This document shows, piece after piece, positions 14,637 through 29,004 of a DNA stretch of 64,000 bases (position 1 is its first letter; each line of letters opens with the position of its first letter). The translations under genes and the position numbers were made by a program. Location: contig OX597823.1 in assembly GCA_951406725.2 (NCBI GenBank), positions 117,738,001-117,802,000 of the forward strand. Reading direction: 5' to 3'. The notes below the pieces were generated by a model. The model saw nothing but the letters and a program-made list of their open reading frames with translations, was not told the DNA's origin and ran no database searches. The stretch is from Octopus vulgaris. Lineage: Eukaryota.

Positions 14637-14779
14637 CTCAAAAAGATCTGTTGGGTTGCCAACTTTGGAGAAAAGGTAAGGCCACAATGCAACCTCTGTC
14701 TTCCGGGCACAATGGACCACAGTCTGCAGGAACTCGGGAAACTCCTGGATGAAGGCAACAACGCGTGGAAGAAGGGGAT
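14637..14779 (-). CDS. RIC1: RIC1 next coding exon
   Basis: Translates (D)[47 protein letters not shown], containing the RIC1-domain hallmark CARKTE. Acceptor ctttcag, donor gtgaga; 143 nt. Phase-compatible with the 41053-41177 exon (G|AT = Asp). Confidence 0.94.
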
Positions 14780-17700
14780 CTGAAAGGGAACAAGATTAGA
14801 AATGAAGTGTAGTATTGAAGATGCTTCTTTTAGGAATTTTTTTAAGAATATTTAAATTTGTTGTATTTGTGTGATGTGACAATAAGATTAATTGATTCTT
14901 TAAACTACTCCAAGAGTTGCTGACATTATAGCTGAGCGAAAGCCATGAATGTCACAACTGTCATTTCCCATCCTCTCTGAGGTTCCACATAATAAACAAC
15001 TATTCTGTTGTAACAAACATTACTAATGCTTTAAAAAAAAAAAGCAATTGCAATAAAAATACAGGGTTTCATACCAACATCGGATACAATCGTTAGTGTC
15101 ACTCTAAATATACATCAAAGGAATAAACATTCAAAGATCAAAAGTTATTGGAAAACGTTGAAGTAGTTTAAAATGATAGAATATCGGACAACAGTCGAGA
15201 GCTATACAATGAAAGTCTTTGATATAGATATGGAAAAAAATGTCCATGTTATGGCATTTTCAGGATATAGAAAATGATGAGAAGCAGGTTTCTGTCAAGG
15301 ATATTAGGAACTTGTGCAAAACAGATTTAAAACTGGGATTCATAACTGAATTACAAGCTTAGTTAGTCAGTGGCACACATAAAGCCAGGTAAATACATAA
15401 ATTATAACAATTCTGCAGGTTTCATAACTGCAAAAATACCAAAATTTCAAGTTTTCCATTTTTTTTTCTTTATGCCACACAAATTTTGCAGCAGAGGAAA
15501 GAAATAGTATTAAACTTACTTTTTAATATTATCTTTATTACTATTGTACCTATTGTGTTGCACATTAGACTGTCCTTAGATAGCTTCAGTAACACGTGTT
15601 TTTTTTTGGGGGGGGGAGTCTTTTTGTTTTTGTTCATGACAAGAAGTTGCTATGCTTTTGTTGAACCTTTCTCCATTCCTGGAGAAGGGGAAACTGTGAG
15701 TTGTTTACTATGACCCTTCTCCAGTTCTTTGTGAGTGGAATGTGGCCGATACATAGAGAAAGAGGGTGAAAGAGAAAAGAACCAACTCCAATACTGTCTC
15801 ACTGATACTTTATTCAGTGGTCTCAGACATCTGAAAGGTAAAGCTGATCTGAGAGGGAATTGAACTTAGAGTACCAAAAGCTTGAACAAACACTGCTAGG
15901 TATTCTATCCCACACTATAATGAGTCTGCCAATTTGCTGCCTACTATATTTTTGGTACTTAATCTATCAATGCTGAAGGGAATAAAAGACGAAATCAACT
16001 TTAGTATCATGAAGTATGAAACAAGATATTGTAAATCCTTTATTCGGACAACTCTACATACTACACCAACCAAAATACAGTAGTATCAGTTGCAGCAGAC
16101 AAGGTAAAGTTAACTCTATCGTTAATGAGGTAAACTAAATAAAAAGAATGGTAAATACCACGAATGAAGAGAAGCAGAAAAGCTACAAGAGAATAAGAAA
16201 TTGATTTTGAGAAAAGAGTAAGTGATAAGATGGTTTAAAGAAAAAAGAAAGCTTTTAGGTGTATCAGATAAAAAGTAGAGGCAGGCATAAAGTGAATGAC
16301 TTCCTGTAAATGTTCTTAGAGAACTATATAAATATAGTAGTGCCCTTAGGCAGCATCTAAAAAGAAATAATGAAATTGCATGAATGTGTATAGAAGTTAG
16401 CAATGCAATCCACTTGATTAAAGATGTACTGATCTCAAAAACAAACAGAACCAACAGACAACATATATTGAAATACCTAACAGGGTATGAAAGAAATCTA
16501 TCATTTATAGGATAATGACTAAATATTTATGTAAATTAGGAAGCTATATATTTTTTGTCTTTTTTAAATTTTAATTCATGTCTGACTTAGCCTTCCTGTA
16601 ACTTTTAATCATTCAACAAATTAATCATGAATCTTGATAACAAGGAAATCTAATAAGGGGAAATATTTAAAAGTTAGATGTTCGTTGTGATAGAGAGAGA
16701 TGTACCCAGTAGACAATTCCCAGAATTAGTTTGCTAACTAATAAACAAGGGAAAGCAAAGGCAACCCTCTAGAAGGATTCAAAATTATAAAAACAAGACA
16801 TGATAGTCACTAACAGAATGACATTATCCCTTCATAGGTGCAAGCATGGTTGTGTCAGGTTCAATCCCAGTGTACAGCACCATGGGCATCTGCCTTTCAT
16901 AGCCTCAGGTTAACCAATACTTTGTGAGTGGAATTTGTTAGGCAGGCACCAACACTGTTATAATGTCTGTGTTTGGTGGGTGACTGGATACATTAAATAG
17001 AATAGATAGAAAATTAGATTAAAAGGATTTTTTTTATTACTTAGAAAAGGGGAAAGAGCATAGCAATGACTCATTACAGGGCCTTGGAGACTGGATGGAA
17101 GGAAGGAGAGGAGAGTATCCTCAAACTGGAGACCTATCCTGAATTCTTACTAGAGAATGAACCCCACAAAAGGGAGTCAAGGACTGAGTGGAGGGGTTAA
17201 AACTGAGAAATAGTTTAAGGCACTAATTGCACTAATTGAAGCCAACTAACAGACGAAACCACTACAGACTACAGCCAAGCTATGCCATATCCTCCACAGT
17301 GAAATTGTCATTGACGTCTGCCTAACAACTGTTGGGAATGTGTTATTTTTGTTTCTCAGCCATATAAAGAACTTCAGTGAGATTTTGGTTAAGTATATTA
17401 CGTCTTCCTGCTTATTTTGTTTTATGTTCAAGTAGATTATCATTCTGATTTGACATCTAGGAGTGAAACGACAATGTGAGGAGACAAAAAGAAACAAAAT
17501 ATTATTCAGGTGACTCCACAGACCAAGAACAATGAAGGACAAGTTAAACCTACAAAACTGTATTAGTTCTTTGTAATTGTATCAAAAGATAAACTGCATA
17601 GAGCGGGTTAATAATATAGCAGCTGAGTGTACATATAAACACACACACACACATAGGCATACAACAGGGAAGAAGCTTCCTTGATAAAGCATGGGTTGAA

Positions 17701-19851
17701 GTGATTCAAAATTTTATTGCATTTTAGAAGAGCCATTATACAAACACAAAAACAAAAAAGAACCAATTAAGTTTTTCCATTTGTGTAAATTGTTTCTGAC
17801 TTGCGCAGGAAGTTGCACATTTTTGGAGATGAAGACACAAATCAACCCTGATACTTTACAATTACTAAATGTACCAACTCCTGAGAGAGTGAACAAGAAA
17901 GTGAGCCTTGAGATGACTGCCCAGTCTGCTAGTAATAGCAGCTAAATCTGTCAAATTACACCATATTAAAAGAAAAAAAATGAACCTATTGGCTGATTTA
18001 TCATAGATAGATATTTAGAAAAAGGTGTAAACATTATGGACTGAATTAAATCATAGTTTTATTGGATCAAGGCTTGCCTGAAAGCTAAACAACCACCTCA
18101 GAGGACTGAACACCAAATTTCAATCATGGTAGAATTTGAACTCAGAAACATAAATAAACATCACAAAGCTACCAGGTGTTCTACTGATCCTGCTAACAAC
18201 CATCACCACCATTCTCCTCTTCCATTCTCCTCTTCATTATTATAATGAGATGCAAAACAAAACAAAAACATAAAGAATATTAAACCTTTGACACTAAAAA
18301 AATCTCTTAATTATAATACAAGACAATGGAATAGGGCATATAAGTATTGATTAAGGATTAGATATGAAGACACATGGCTTAGTGGTTGGGGTGTTAAGTT
18401 TACAATCATAAGGTCATATGTTCAATTTCTGGATCAGGTTGATATGTTGTATCCTTGATCAGGGTACATCATTTCACACCGCTTCAGTGTACTTAGCTTA
18501 AAATGAGTACTAGACACCTGCTAATGAGGCCCTCCTTCGTAACTGTCACATCTACAATGTTCCATTGTATGAAGGGTGGAGTCCAACAGAATGTCTGCCC
18601 ACAACTACATGGAGACCTAAAACTATAAGTAAGGGCATAGTACCATCTGCCAAATCATACAGTTATGCTGCTTTTAAGTATCAAGCACAGTAGTTTAGCT
18701 AGTAAGCATGTGTTTAATCTCTGGGCAAGTCAAATAATATATACTTGAGTTCATGCTAAAAGAATAAGCAACATCACAAGTCCAAAATCTACGCTTATGG
18801 ATTTAATAATAATCATATTTGTTTCAATGTCCACTTTTCTGTGGTCCAACAGGATTAATTTCTATGGCTGGACACCCTTCCTGTTACTAAACTTTACATG
18901 TTTCCAAGCAGGGTAGTGTTTCCCTGTTTCCAGGATTCTAACTACCAAATCCCTTTACAAGGCTTTGGTTTTCCTGCCCAAGGTGCCACACAGCAGTACT
19001 GAACCTGAAACCATGCAGTTAGGAAGCTAACATCTTCACCACATTGTCAAGTTTGCACCTAATAAATATAAGGTTCAAAATTTTGAGCACAACACCAAAT
19101 ACAATAGAAATTCAAACAAAATTAATGGGAAGCAGTATACTGTTTCACACAAGTTAAAATACAATCTTGGCATTAATTTGATTAAAATCTGAATTTTATA
19201 TAAATGGTTTGGAAAATTTTTCAGATATTGACAGACACATTGAATATTATATATCATTATTATTAAATAAATGGCACTGGAGGGGAAGGTCTCCCACTCC
19301 AATCTCCTTTTTCTCCTTTATCAATAAGCATGATCAAATATTTTGACTGTTGTGAATAATAATTTAGTTATATGGTGACTGAATAAAACAGTCTCAGAAT
19401 CTAGCAAAACAATACAATCTTAAATGGGTTTTTTTCATTGCTTTGTAGCCACATATCAAACTTCAACAAGCATATATTGGAGCCTCTATATGTAGTTGCT
19501 AAATCTGTTTGAAAAAGCAGCCAAATCAGCCTCAAATCCCACCTTAACATAGCTAAGGAAGATAATGAATGCAGTATTAGATTCACTGGGTGTGTTTTAG
19601 ACAGTATGGTCACAGTTAGAACACTTTTGATTATAGGTCAAATGGGTCGTGAATGACCTGGGGGTTAAAGAACAACTTCGAACAGAAGTATTTTTTTACT
19701 AGTAAGAGATGTCAGTCATATTAATCACAGATTTCACTCCAATATGATATGATATAGAATATGCCAAAACTAAGATATTGCAGCAAGATGGTATGCACAA
19801 GCCTCTTGGATCATCCAACCCATGTCAATATTGAAACTGGATATAAAATAG

Positions 19852-19876
<25 letters not shown>

Positions 19877-19891
<15 letters not shown>

Positions 19892-21240
19892 GGCATTACT
19901 ATACATAAATGCCACATGCTTGGAGGGACTCTTAAAGTCAAAACTACCAAAATAAATAAACACATCGTACCAAATGCAACTCTCGAAGCAAGTCATTTAA
20001 AAACAGAATTCAGCTGTTTTTAAAACCATTTCTGTTTTTAACCCTTTCGTTACCAAACCGCCCAAAGCCGCCCGAAAAAAATTTTGGTTTATGAGACCAA
20101 ACCGCCCAAAGCCGCCCAAATTTACCTATTCATATTTAAATGAGAATATCAGAGCAAATCTCTTCAGTACATTCGTAAAAACACGTATTATACTTCGTAA
20201 ACAGTTCAACTACAGTTTTGTACAATAATCGAAGTGTAATTTTAATTCCGTGAATTTTGGGAGATTTTTTTCCGAAATTTGTTCCTATTGTGTTTTCAAA
20301 ATTTGTAATTCTGACAAAAAATGGATACGAATTTCATTATATCAAGCAGCGAGTCAGAATTCGAAGGATTTTCTACTGAAGACCTTCATAAATCTAACTC
20401 TATGACTGAAAAAAAAGCATGTGGTATTTGATAATGAATCTGATGTTTCATTTTCCGAAAGTGAAAACAGTGAATCTGAGATCTCCGATAGCGATAAAGG
20501 AAACGAATTGGCACCTGAATGGAGTGAAAATTTAAAAACTGTTTCTTTCGGTGATTTTTCTGAAGAAACTGGACCAAGCCACAGACTTTCCCAGAAGGGT
20601 AAAGCCTTAGACTATTTCTATTTACTTTTTCGAATGAGCCTATTTGAAATCATTACGGCAGAAACAAACCATTACGCTAAACGTAAACAAAGCGAAAGAA
20701 AGGATAGTTTGTTATTTCCCACAACCTTAAATGAAATTAAGACTATTTTGCCATAAATATTATTATGGGTATCAGAAAGTTACCCAGAATAACAAATTCT
20801 ATCGTAAAATTTTGTTGTATACCCAATTGAATATTAGCTAATAACCCATTTTCTATAGCGATGTTTGAACAAAATTTTAATAATTTTATATTTTGTGGAA
20901 TTTACCTGTATCTACCTGCAATTAGAGTCACTTTGTGACAAAAATTATAGTATAGAATTGGTTGAGAATATTTCATTAAATTATCTTCCAAAAATCAGAT
21001 TAATATATCGATAAATAAAAAAGCTATAGTTGTTTAATGAAACCAGACTAAATTTATGATTATGTTAGAAATTAATTGAAACACATAAGGGGTGTAATTT
21101 GGTCAGAAATATAGTAACGAAAGGGTTGCTTCGAGAGTTGCATTTGGTACGATGTGTTTATTTATTTTGGTAGTTTTGACTTTAAGAGTCCCTCCAAGCG
21201 TGTGGCATTTATGTATAGTAATGCCCTCTATATTATATAA
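19877..21240. repeat. Long inverted-repeat (foldback) element split by the piggyBac insertion
   Basis: 19877-19991 is the near-perfect reverse complement of 21126-21240. Confidence 0.9.
20042..21125 (+). mobile_element. Internally deleted piggyBac transposon
   Basis: TTAA then TIR ccctttcgttac...gtaacgaaaggg, with subterminal accaaaccgcccaaagccgccc repeats. Acidic N-terminus and transposase motif LDYFYLLF...IITAETNHYA in ORF 20421-20756. Confidence 0.88.
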
Positions 21241-21347
21241 ACAAATATATTTAAGTGAAAAAATTTCTCTTATGAGGTTTTTCATGCTAACTACTTGATA
21301 AATTCTTATAAATATTTTATCCTATTTTTAAATTATATATATATATG

Positions 21348-22101
21348 AGGTAGACCCAGGAAAACCTGGGACGAGGTGGTGAAGCCCGACTGCTACACCC
21401 TAGCAGTTGAGGGAACCTGTTGAAGAGGTAGACGCAGGAAAACCTGGGACGAGGTGGTGAAGCACGACCTTCGAACTTTAGGTCTCACCAAGGAAATGAC
21501 TAGAGACTGAGACCTATGGAAGTATGCTGTGCGTGAGAAGACCCGGCAAGACTAGTCAGGCCATAACCCGTGGCCCCTACCTGGGACGTAGTCAGTCCAC
21601 CTGTGCATACCTTCCTTCTTGTGACACTTGTGAAGACCTGTTGAGGCAAGTGAAAATCAAACCAAATCAAAATAGATGAACATCAATGGAATTTGTATCT
21701 TTGTGGTACCGCATCGACTGGCCTCCGTGCTGTGGGCACGTAACAAACACCATCTGATCGTGGCCGTTCGCCAGCCTCATCTGGCACCTGTGTCGGTGGC
21801 ACATAAAAAACACCATCCGAGCGTGGCCGTCTGCCAGCCTCGTCTGGCACCTGTGTCGGTGGCACATAAAAACATCATCCGAGCGTGGCCGTTCGCCAGC
21901 CTCGTCTGGCACCTGTGTCGGTGGCACATAAAATCACCCACTACACTCTCGGAGTGGTTGGCGTTAGGAGGGGCATCCAGCTGTAGAAACACTGCCAGAT
22001 CTGACTGGGTTGGTGCAGCCATCGGGCTCCCCAGACCCCAGTTGAACCGTCCAACCCATGCTAGCATGGAAAGCGGACGTTAAATGATGATGATGATGAT
22101 G
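21348..22101 (+). mobile_element. 5'-truncated RTE LINE (ORF end, 3'UTR with ~61 bp repeats, (TGA)n tail)
   Basis: Encodes RKTWDEVVKHDLRTLGLTKEMT..LWKYAVREKTRQD*. The 3' tail is shared with 40190-40362. Confidence 0.88.
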
Positions 22102-22747
22102 ATATATATATTATACACACACACACAGCCAGATGCTCTTCTTGTTACCAACCATCACCTGTTTCCAAGCAAGGTAATATTTCCCCATGGCCAGGCATGG
22201 CAGACTATTAGAAATGAATGACACTGCTTGTATAACAATGACAATCATTTTACAATAATCATGTGATGTCAAGAACTCCCACTCACTTTGAAAGTCTACC
22301 CTAACACCTCATCACCAATATTTTTATCTCTTTCCAGCACCACCCTGGCCACTCCTGCCCTCTCTTCACTAGTGTTCAGTAGTCATACAGATCCTCTACA
22401 GCAAGAAATCTGCTCTGTTCTCTCTGACCGCTCATCCCCCAAGCATTATGCCATCTTCTTCCCTACTGTAACTTCATTCAGTCAAAGCAGATCTTAAGTT
22501 TTGCAGGCTGCATGGTAACCTCACTAGTGCTGGTGCCATGAAAACAAGCACTCACCATTACACACTGTAAAGCGGTTCACGTTAGAAAGGGCACTAAGCT
22601 ATAAAAATTACACCAAAGAAAACATTAGAACATAATGCAGCCTTTGGACTTGTCACATGCAGCTACACCATGTAACCCATGGCAGCATGGAATATAGCTG
22701 TGAAATGATGATGATGAGAAATATATATGTATGTATATGTGTATGTA

Positions 22748-22780
<33 letters not shown>

Positions 22781-22864
22781 ATGTATGTATGTATGTATAC
22801 ACACACATTTTTGTGACAATCATTTATATATAAATGTCTCCTTATCATTATATATATATATATA

Positions 22865-23340
22865 TCATCATCATCATTGTTTAACGCCCACTTTCCATAC
22901 TAGCATGGGTTAGACGATTTGACTGAGGTCTAGCGAACCAGATGACTGCACCAGACTCCAATCTGATCTGACAGAGTTTCTACAGCTGGATGCCCTTCCT
23001 AACGCCAACCACTCTGAGAGTGTAGTGAGTGCTTTTACGTGCCACCAGCATGAGGGCCAGTTTGGTGGTACTGGCAACGGTCACGCTCAAATGGTGCATT
23101 TTATGTGCCACCTGCACAGGAGCCAGTCCAGCGGCACTGGCAACGACCTCGCTCGAATGTTTTTCATGCGCCACCAGCACAAGTGCTACTAAGGTGATGC
23201 AGGTAACGATCATGCCCGAATGGTGTGTTTAATGTGCCATCGACACAAAGGCCAGCTTGTTGCTCTGGCAACGATCTCACTCGTATGGTACTCTTAGTGC
23301 TCCACTAGCAAATGGATGCCAGTGACTGAGTTTGATGACT
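22865..23340 (-). mobile_element. RTE 3'UTR/tail fragment
   Basis: (CAT)n-gtttaacg...ccatactagcatggg...ggatgcccttcctaacgccaaccact plus gtgccac repeats. Confidence 0.8.
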
Positions 23341-25384
23341 GTCATAGGAAGTTTGTGTCTTAAAATTATAATGATTATATAATGTCCAATAGTGTTGTAC
23401 ATAATGTTCTACAAAGTAGTGCACACAGTGTTGTATGCAGTACTGTACAGTGTTGTGCAAAGTGCTGTACAATGTTTCACACAGTACTTTACACACACAA
23501 AATTGTACATGAATCAGTGAGAGAGCTCCAGTGTAGCTGATCAGCCCACTAGAAACTGCAGCCCAGCCTACCTCCACCCACTAAATAAAAAAGCAAAAAG
23601 TAAAAAAGGCAAGCAAAGTCATGGCTGCAAATTCTTTGAACACAGATCTGCTCCATCAGAGTTAAACTAGGGCTAAACAACGAGCACATGACATGGGTAA
23701 GAGGAAATATGATGAGAAACTAAATTAAAATGCAATGAAGCAATTCTGATTAAAATACAGAGTATTATTACCGATTAAGTTTGGTTTAGTTGCAACAGAG
23801 AGGAAGTTTGTAAATAATCTAATGATTGTGTCTAACAAATATTGATACTGCATTACTAAATAAAATTCTGAATATTACAAGATAGCAGTGATATTTATGG
23901 TTATACATATCTATAGTGATAAATATCAAGAGGATATCATCAAAGGGAATATAGAAAATATGGTAGGTGACTGGGCTGAATAGTGAGAGACAAAGAGGAG
24001 ATATTAGTTCCACAGTACTGCCTACCAAAGACACAAAGAACTAATAAAACATCAATTTATTATGGTATCTAAATGATACAGCACACAACTGATCTCCAGT
24101 GCCATATCCAATGTGTATCAAATTGATATATCACAGCTAAATAGGAAAGTTCCACGAAAAAACAAAAACAGTAACTTCTACTGCAATTATAATAAGTTGT
24201 TTTGCCAATGTATATAAGATAAACAATGAAAACAAAGTAAAAAGCAATATGAACCTACAATTTTAGCAAGTCACTGTAGTAAAACAGCGCATAATAAACT
24301 GATTGAAAGACTAAATGAGATTGTAGAATTTGCGTGCAAAGGTGAAGTAAAATATTGATATTTGTCTTCCTTCAAAGAATGTTGTATATTGGAAAAGTAA
24401 AAGAAAACAAAAGTGTTTCTCCATAAACTCTCACAAAGTAACAATAATAAAAAAAACACTTCATTGTTGGAAATATTTTAATGAAACATAATTGGAATGT
24501 GTACCATTCAGTCTTGAATCTACCCATTTATGAACAGAAGTATACTAGATCTTCAACAAATAAATATACATACACATATGTATTATATATATATATATAT
24601 GTATGTATGTGTGTATATATATATATATATATAATGAAAATGAAAACTGAACAATTTCCTTCCATATTCTGATTTACTATAACCTCTGTGTTATCAACAA
24701 TGGAGAAATATTTGTAAAGGAGTTCTTATAAAATATATTCTTTAGATACAATTCTCAAAGGCAATACAGAACAGCCAAGCACTTGCACTTTTCTCTTAAA
24801 CCCTGATACACACACTCACATACACACAATTTCCTTCTGTCAGTTCATACACAAGCTCAATGTTAAACACTACTACATCATCATTACTTATTATTATTAT
24901 CAATATTATTATTATTTTTAATAATATATGGAAGTCACATACATTCTAAGCCACTAACATTCTAAGCAGAAATTCTATTTCTTATATATATATATAAATA
25001 TGAATCAATCATATTTTCAAAATATTTTATTCCAAGAGTACAAGATCTTGTTAAAAGTATGATTGCTGATAAAAACATTGTCCGGATTAATTTTCTTAAT
25101 TCTTTCAAGATCTCACAGGAACATCATTTTCAATGTATTGTTTTAAAAATATGTAATGTCCAAATGAAAGGCAATTTCTGTAGCTTAGCTAATTAGTCAA
25201 ATATATATCTTAAAATACTTCTTGACTACATCAAAAACCTTCTTAACTACAAGATAACACATGATTATTTCAAAACAATGTGAGTAAATAGCTATTTCTT
25301 TTGACCGAGTAACTTGAATGCTGAAGATGTAGTTTGGCTGGTTGTGGTTGAGTGTGTGAGAAGTTTCCTTCACTCTTGTGATTC

Positions 25385-25626
25385 TGCATCTCTATTTCTT
25401 TATTACCCACAAGGGGCTAAACACAGAGGGGACAAACAAAGACAGACAAATGGATTAGGTCAATTACATCGACCCCAGTGCGTAACTGGTACTTAATTTA
25501 TCGACCCCGAAAGGACGAAAGGCAAAGTCGACCTCGGCGGAATTTGAACTCAGAACGTAGCGACAGATGAAGTACCGCTAAGCATTTCGTCCGGCACGCT
25601 AACGTTTCTGCCAGCTCCTCGCCGCC
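25385..25626 (-). mobile_element. Young SINE copy of the same family
   Basis: CpG-intact reverse complement: ggcggcgaggagctggcagaaacgttagc...gagttcaaattccgccgaggtcgactttgcc. Confidence 0.85.
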
Positions 25627-25936
25627 GCCTGTGGTTCTGCAAGTCTAAGCATCAAGTTACACTTCAGTTTCTGTTGATTCCTCTTTGGATTTCACAACTG
25701 TAAACTCCCAGGAAATTCTACTCCTAGCAGGCTGTCATTCAGCTATAGTATACAACACCATTTATTTCTAAGGCAAATGGGAATTGCTTCATCAAATCAA
25801 AACATATCGATTGATACTTAACAGACTTTAGGCAATTGAAATGCAAAGCTGATCAAAGCAGGATAACGAAGATGTGATGGTCATGCAATTCCTGTGACCA
25901 TTGTTAAAGAGTAACACACAACTACCACCTCTTACT

Positions 25937-27692
25937 ATCATCATCATCATCATCATCGTTTAACATCTGCCTTCCATGCTGGCATGGGTGGGATAGTTTG
26001 GCAAAAGCTGGCCAAGCAGTGAAATTTGTTTTGCCATAAGAGTTCCAGCCCCTAGTTATGAACTCATTTGCATATAGCCAATCAGAGCTCAACTATCAAA
26101 CTAATTTATGAGCGCATAACAAGTGATTGGCAATAAGATATGGTCACTTGGGTAAGGAATGACCATGCTTCTTTTCTTTCTTAATAATGCTTGTTCTTCT
26201 TGTTTCAACCATGGCTGCTTCTATGTAGCTATTTGTGTTGTTGTTTACTTTGTACTTGTCTCTGTCTAAAATCAGACATAACTTGGCGATCGGTCGACTT
26301 ACAACACCGTTCTTCATCTTAATTTTACTTGGTAGAGAGTGGTTGTCAACTCGACATGGTCAAGGTGAGCTCTGATTGGCTGTATGCAATTGAGTTCATT
26401 ACTGGGGTTTAGAACTCGCGTGGAAAAAAATTTATAGAAGCCTGCACCAGACTTTTGTGATTGTTTTGGCAGGATTTTTACAGCTTGATGCCCTTCCTAA
26501 CACCAACCACCTAGCTGAATGGACTTAGTGCTTTTACATGACACAGGCAAGGTCTCTTTTAGCAAGGTTTTTACAGCTGGATGCCCTTCCAAATGCCAAC
26601 CACTTTACAGTGTGGACTGGGTGCTTTTTAAGTGGCACCTGCACTGACAGGGTCACCAAGTAACTTGCAAGACAAAACTCTTTTGAGAGGGGAGGGGGAA
26701 TTGGAGGAGGTGATCTTGTGTCAGATGAGATGAAAGGTTATAGTGAGACAGAAAGACAGAAACAGGTGTCTTGCTGTAGAGGTATATGGTTACCCAGCCA
26801 GAGAGAGAGAGAGAGAGAGAGATGAGGAATGAAGAGAGAATCAGGAGATATATGGTTACCCAACCTGAGGGAAGTGCAGGAGAAGGAGAGAGACAGAGTG
26901 GGAGACAGCATGATAGAGATGGTGGCAAAGTGCCACACATACTGACAGGGATCAGAATATAAATGGGATGGTTGAGTAAAGGTAGAGAGAGATATAGATG
27001 GTGACAAGTGCCAGGGCATACCCTCGAGGTTCAAAGGTCATAATATAAGTGGCAGGATATTGCCAAAGAAAAGTGATTAGAGAGTGTGGAGGGGAAGTGA
27101 GTGGTGAAAACCTGGGTATAAATAGAGTGGGGGGTCTACTGGATAGCAATGATACAGAGAATTAGGGCTGTGTGGACAGGATTGGGGAATGAGAAGTGGA
27201 TGTAGTGCATGAAGGATGAAATGTGAGGAAGGGATGTAGAGATGTACATTCGTTTGTTGGGACAGGGTGTTTGAAAGTTTTCTTGGTTATGTGTGGGTGG
27301 AACACACAGGTCGGGGACTTGTGGCTAGCAGTGATGCAGTGAGACTGGGCCAAGAGGAGAGTGCATGAAGTGGAAATGTGAGGAAGAGAAGAGATGTATA
27401 GTTTGGCTTGTTGTGGTAGGGTGTGGGAAGAATTCCCTAGTTATGTGTGGGTGAGTCACACAGCGCTTCTAGAATTCAATTTCACTGACATGGGCAGGTC
27501 TTCTCAAGAACCTCATATTGCCAGACATCTCAGTCCATTGTCATTTCCTCCATGAGGCCCAACATCCTGAGATTGATCCTTACCACTTCGTCCCACATTT
27601 TCCTGGGTCTCCCTCTTCCATGGGCACCTTCCACTTTCAGTGATCGGCACTTCTTTATGCAGCTATCCTCATTCATATGCATCACATGAACT
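25937..27692 (-). mobile_element. 5'-truncated RTE LINE with long purine-rich 3'UTR, interrupted by a MITE
   Basis: Minus-strand 27480-27692 reads MNEDSCIKKCRSLKVEGAHGRGRPRKMWDEVVR. The tail with (CAT)n is at 25937-26020 and resumes after 26435. Confidence 0.75.
26021..26435. mobile_element. MITE with ~70 bp terminal inverted repeats
   Basis: gagttccagcccctagttatgaactcatttgcatatagccaatcagagctca versus tgagctctgattggctgtatgcaattgagttcattactggggtttagaactc. Confidence 0.75.
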
Positions 27693-28289
27693 ACCAAAAT
27701 TATTCCAATGCATCACAGAACTACCAAAATCACAAGAAGGAGAATCATCATCAACAACTACTAAACAACGAGGTGGGGGGGGGAGAGGCTCTATTGTCAT
27801 TCGACCTGGTAGAAAGAGTAACCAAATCATTCTCAAATCATGCCTACTGTTTTTAAAAGGGGCAGATTGGATGTCCTAGTCCTAGATATACTATGCTGGA
27901 GTCAAAAAGGGATGGTCACAGTGCAGATACTGTTGCAGATAAGGATGCTGGATCAAGACTGAACTGATTTTAACATCACCAACAGCCATAACTATAAGAA
28001 AGGAAATGAATTTGACAGTTAAAGAAACTATTTAAAATACAGAGTTGGCTATTTTGTGGAGTGGTCTGTTGTGGAGTGGTCTGTTGAATTAGGGAAGAGT
28101 GAAGATGGGGGGGCTGGGGTGGAGATGAGCTGGATCACAGGAAGAGGGATGAGCAGAGAAACAGTGAGAGGGAGAGAAAGAAGTAGAGAGGTACAAAGTG
28201 ATGAGAAATAGAAGGAAGAGATTTTAAAAGGTGAGGGAAAGAAAGAAACAAAGTGGAAGAGAGAAAAAGTAGATCTATGAAAGAAGGAT

Positions 28290-28646
28290 GGTGAAGGTGA
28301 TTGTGATGATGATGATGGTGTGGTGGTAATAGCAGCAATGGTGTTATGGTGTTGGGAGGGAGGTGGTAGTGATGGCAGTTGCAGTAGTGGTGAGGTGGTG
28401 TAGGTGGCAGTGGTAGTGGCAGTGATGGTAGGTGGTGGCAGTAGTGATGGTGGTAGTGGTAGCAGTGGTGGTGGTGGTGGTGGCAGAGGCAGTGGTTGTG
28501 GCATTGGTAGTGGAAGTGGCAGAAGCAGCATTGATGGTGGTGGAGGTAGTAGCAGTGGTGGAGGTGGTGGTGGTGGTGGAGGTGGAGGTGGTGGAGGTGC
28601 AGGTGGTGGTGGTGGTGGTGGTGGTGGTGGTGGTGGTGGTGGTGGT
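28290..28646. repeat. (GGT)n-rich low-complexity tract
   Basis: Direct inspection. Confidence 0.9.
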
Positions 28647-29004
28647 ATCAGCCAATTAACTACGTTGTGAATACAATAAAATATTCACAGCAGGAATGGA
28701 AATATGGAAGAATGTGAGGTGAAGGTTTATAATTTCATATTCAGGTCATGTATGTGTGTATATATTGTTTATGGCATGCGTAAAGTGTGTGTGTGTGTGT
28801 GCGTGTGTGTGTGTGTGTGTGTGTAGGTAGAGACTGTTTATGATATGGGTATGTTGTTGTATGTGACATGAGTTTGTAGCTGTGTCAGTTTGCCATAGAA
28901 TAGATATCTTGAGACATTAGCATTTGTAAATATATATCTTTGGATTAAGTTGATATGAGTATATATGCATGTATATATTACACACACACACACACCTTTA
29001 GTAC

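Noticed and set aside
28049-28670. Gly-, Pro-, Thr- or Val-rich ORFs (similarly 5032-5351, 6687-7173, 33735-34076)
   Set aside because: Trinucleotide microsatellite translations with no splice or domain support.
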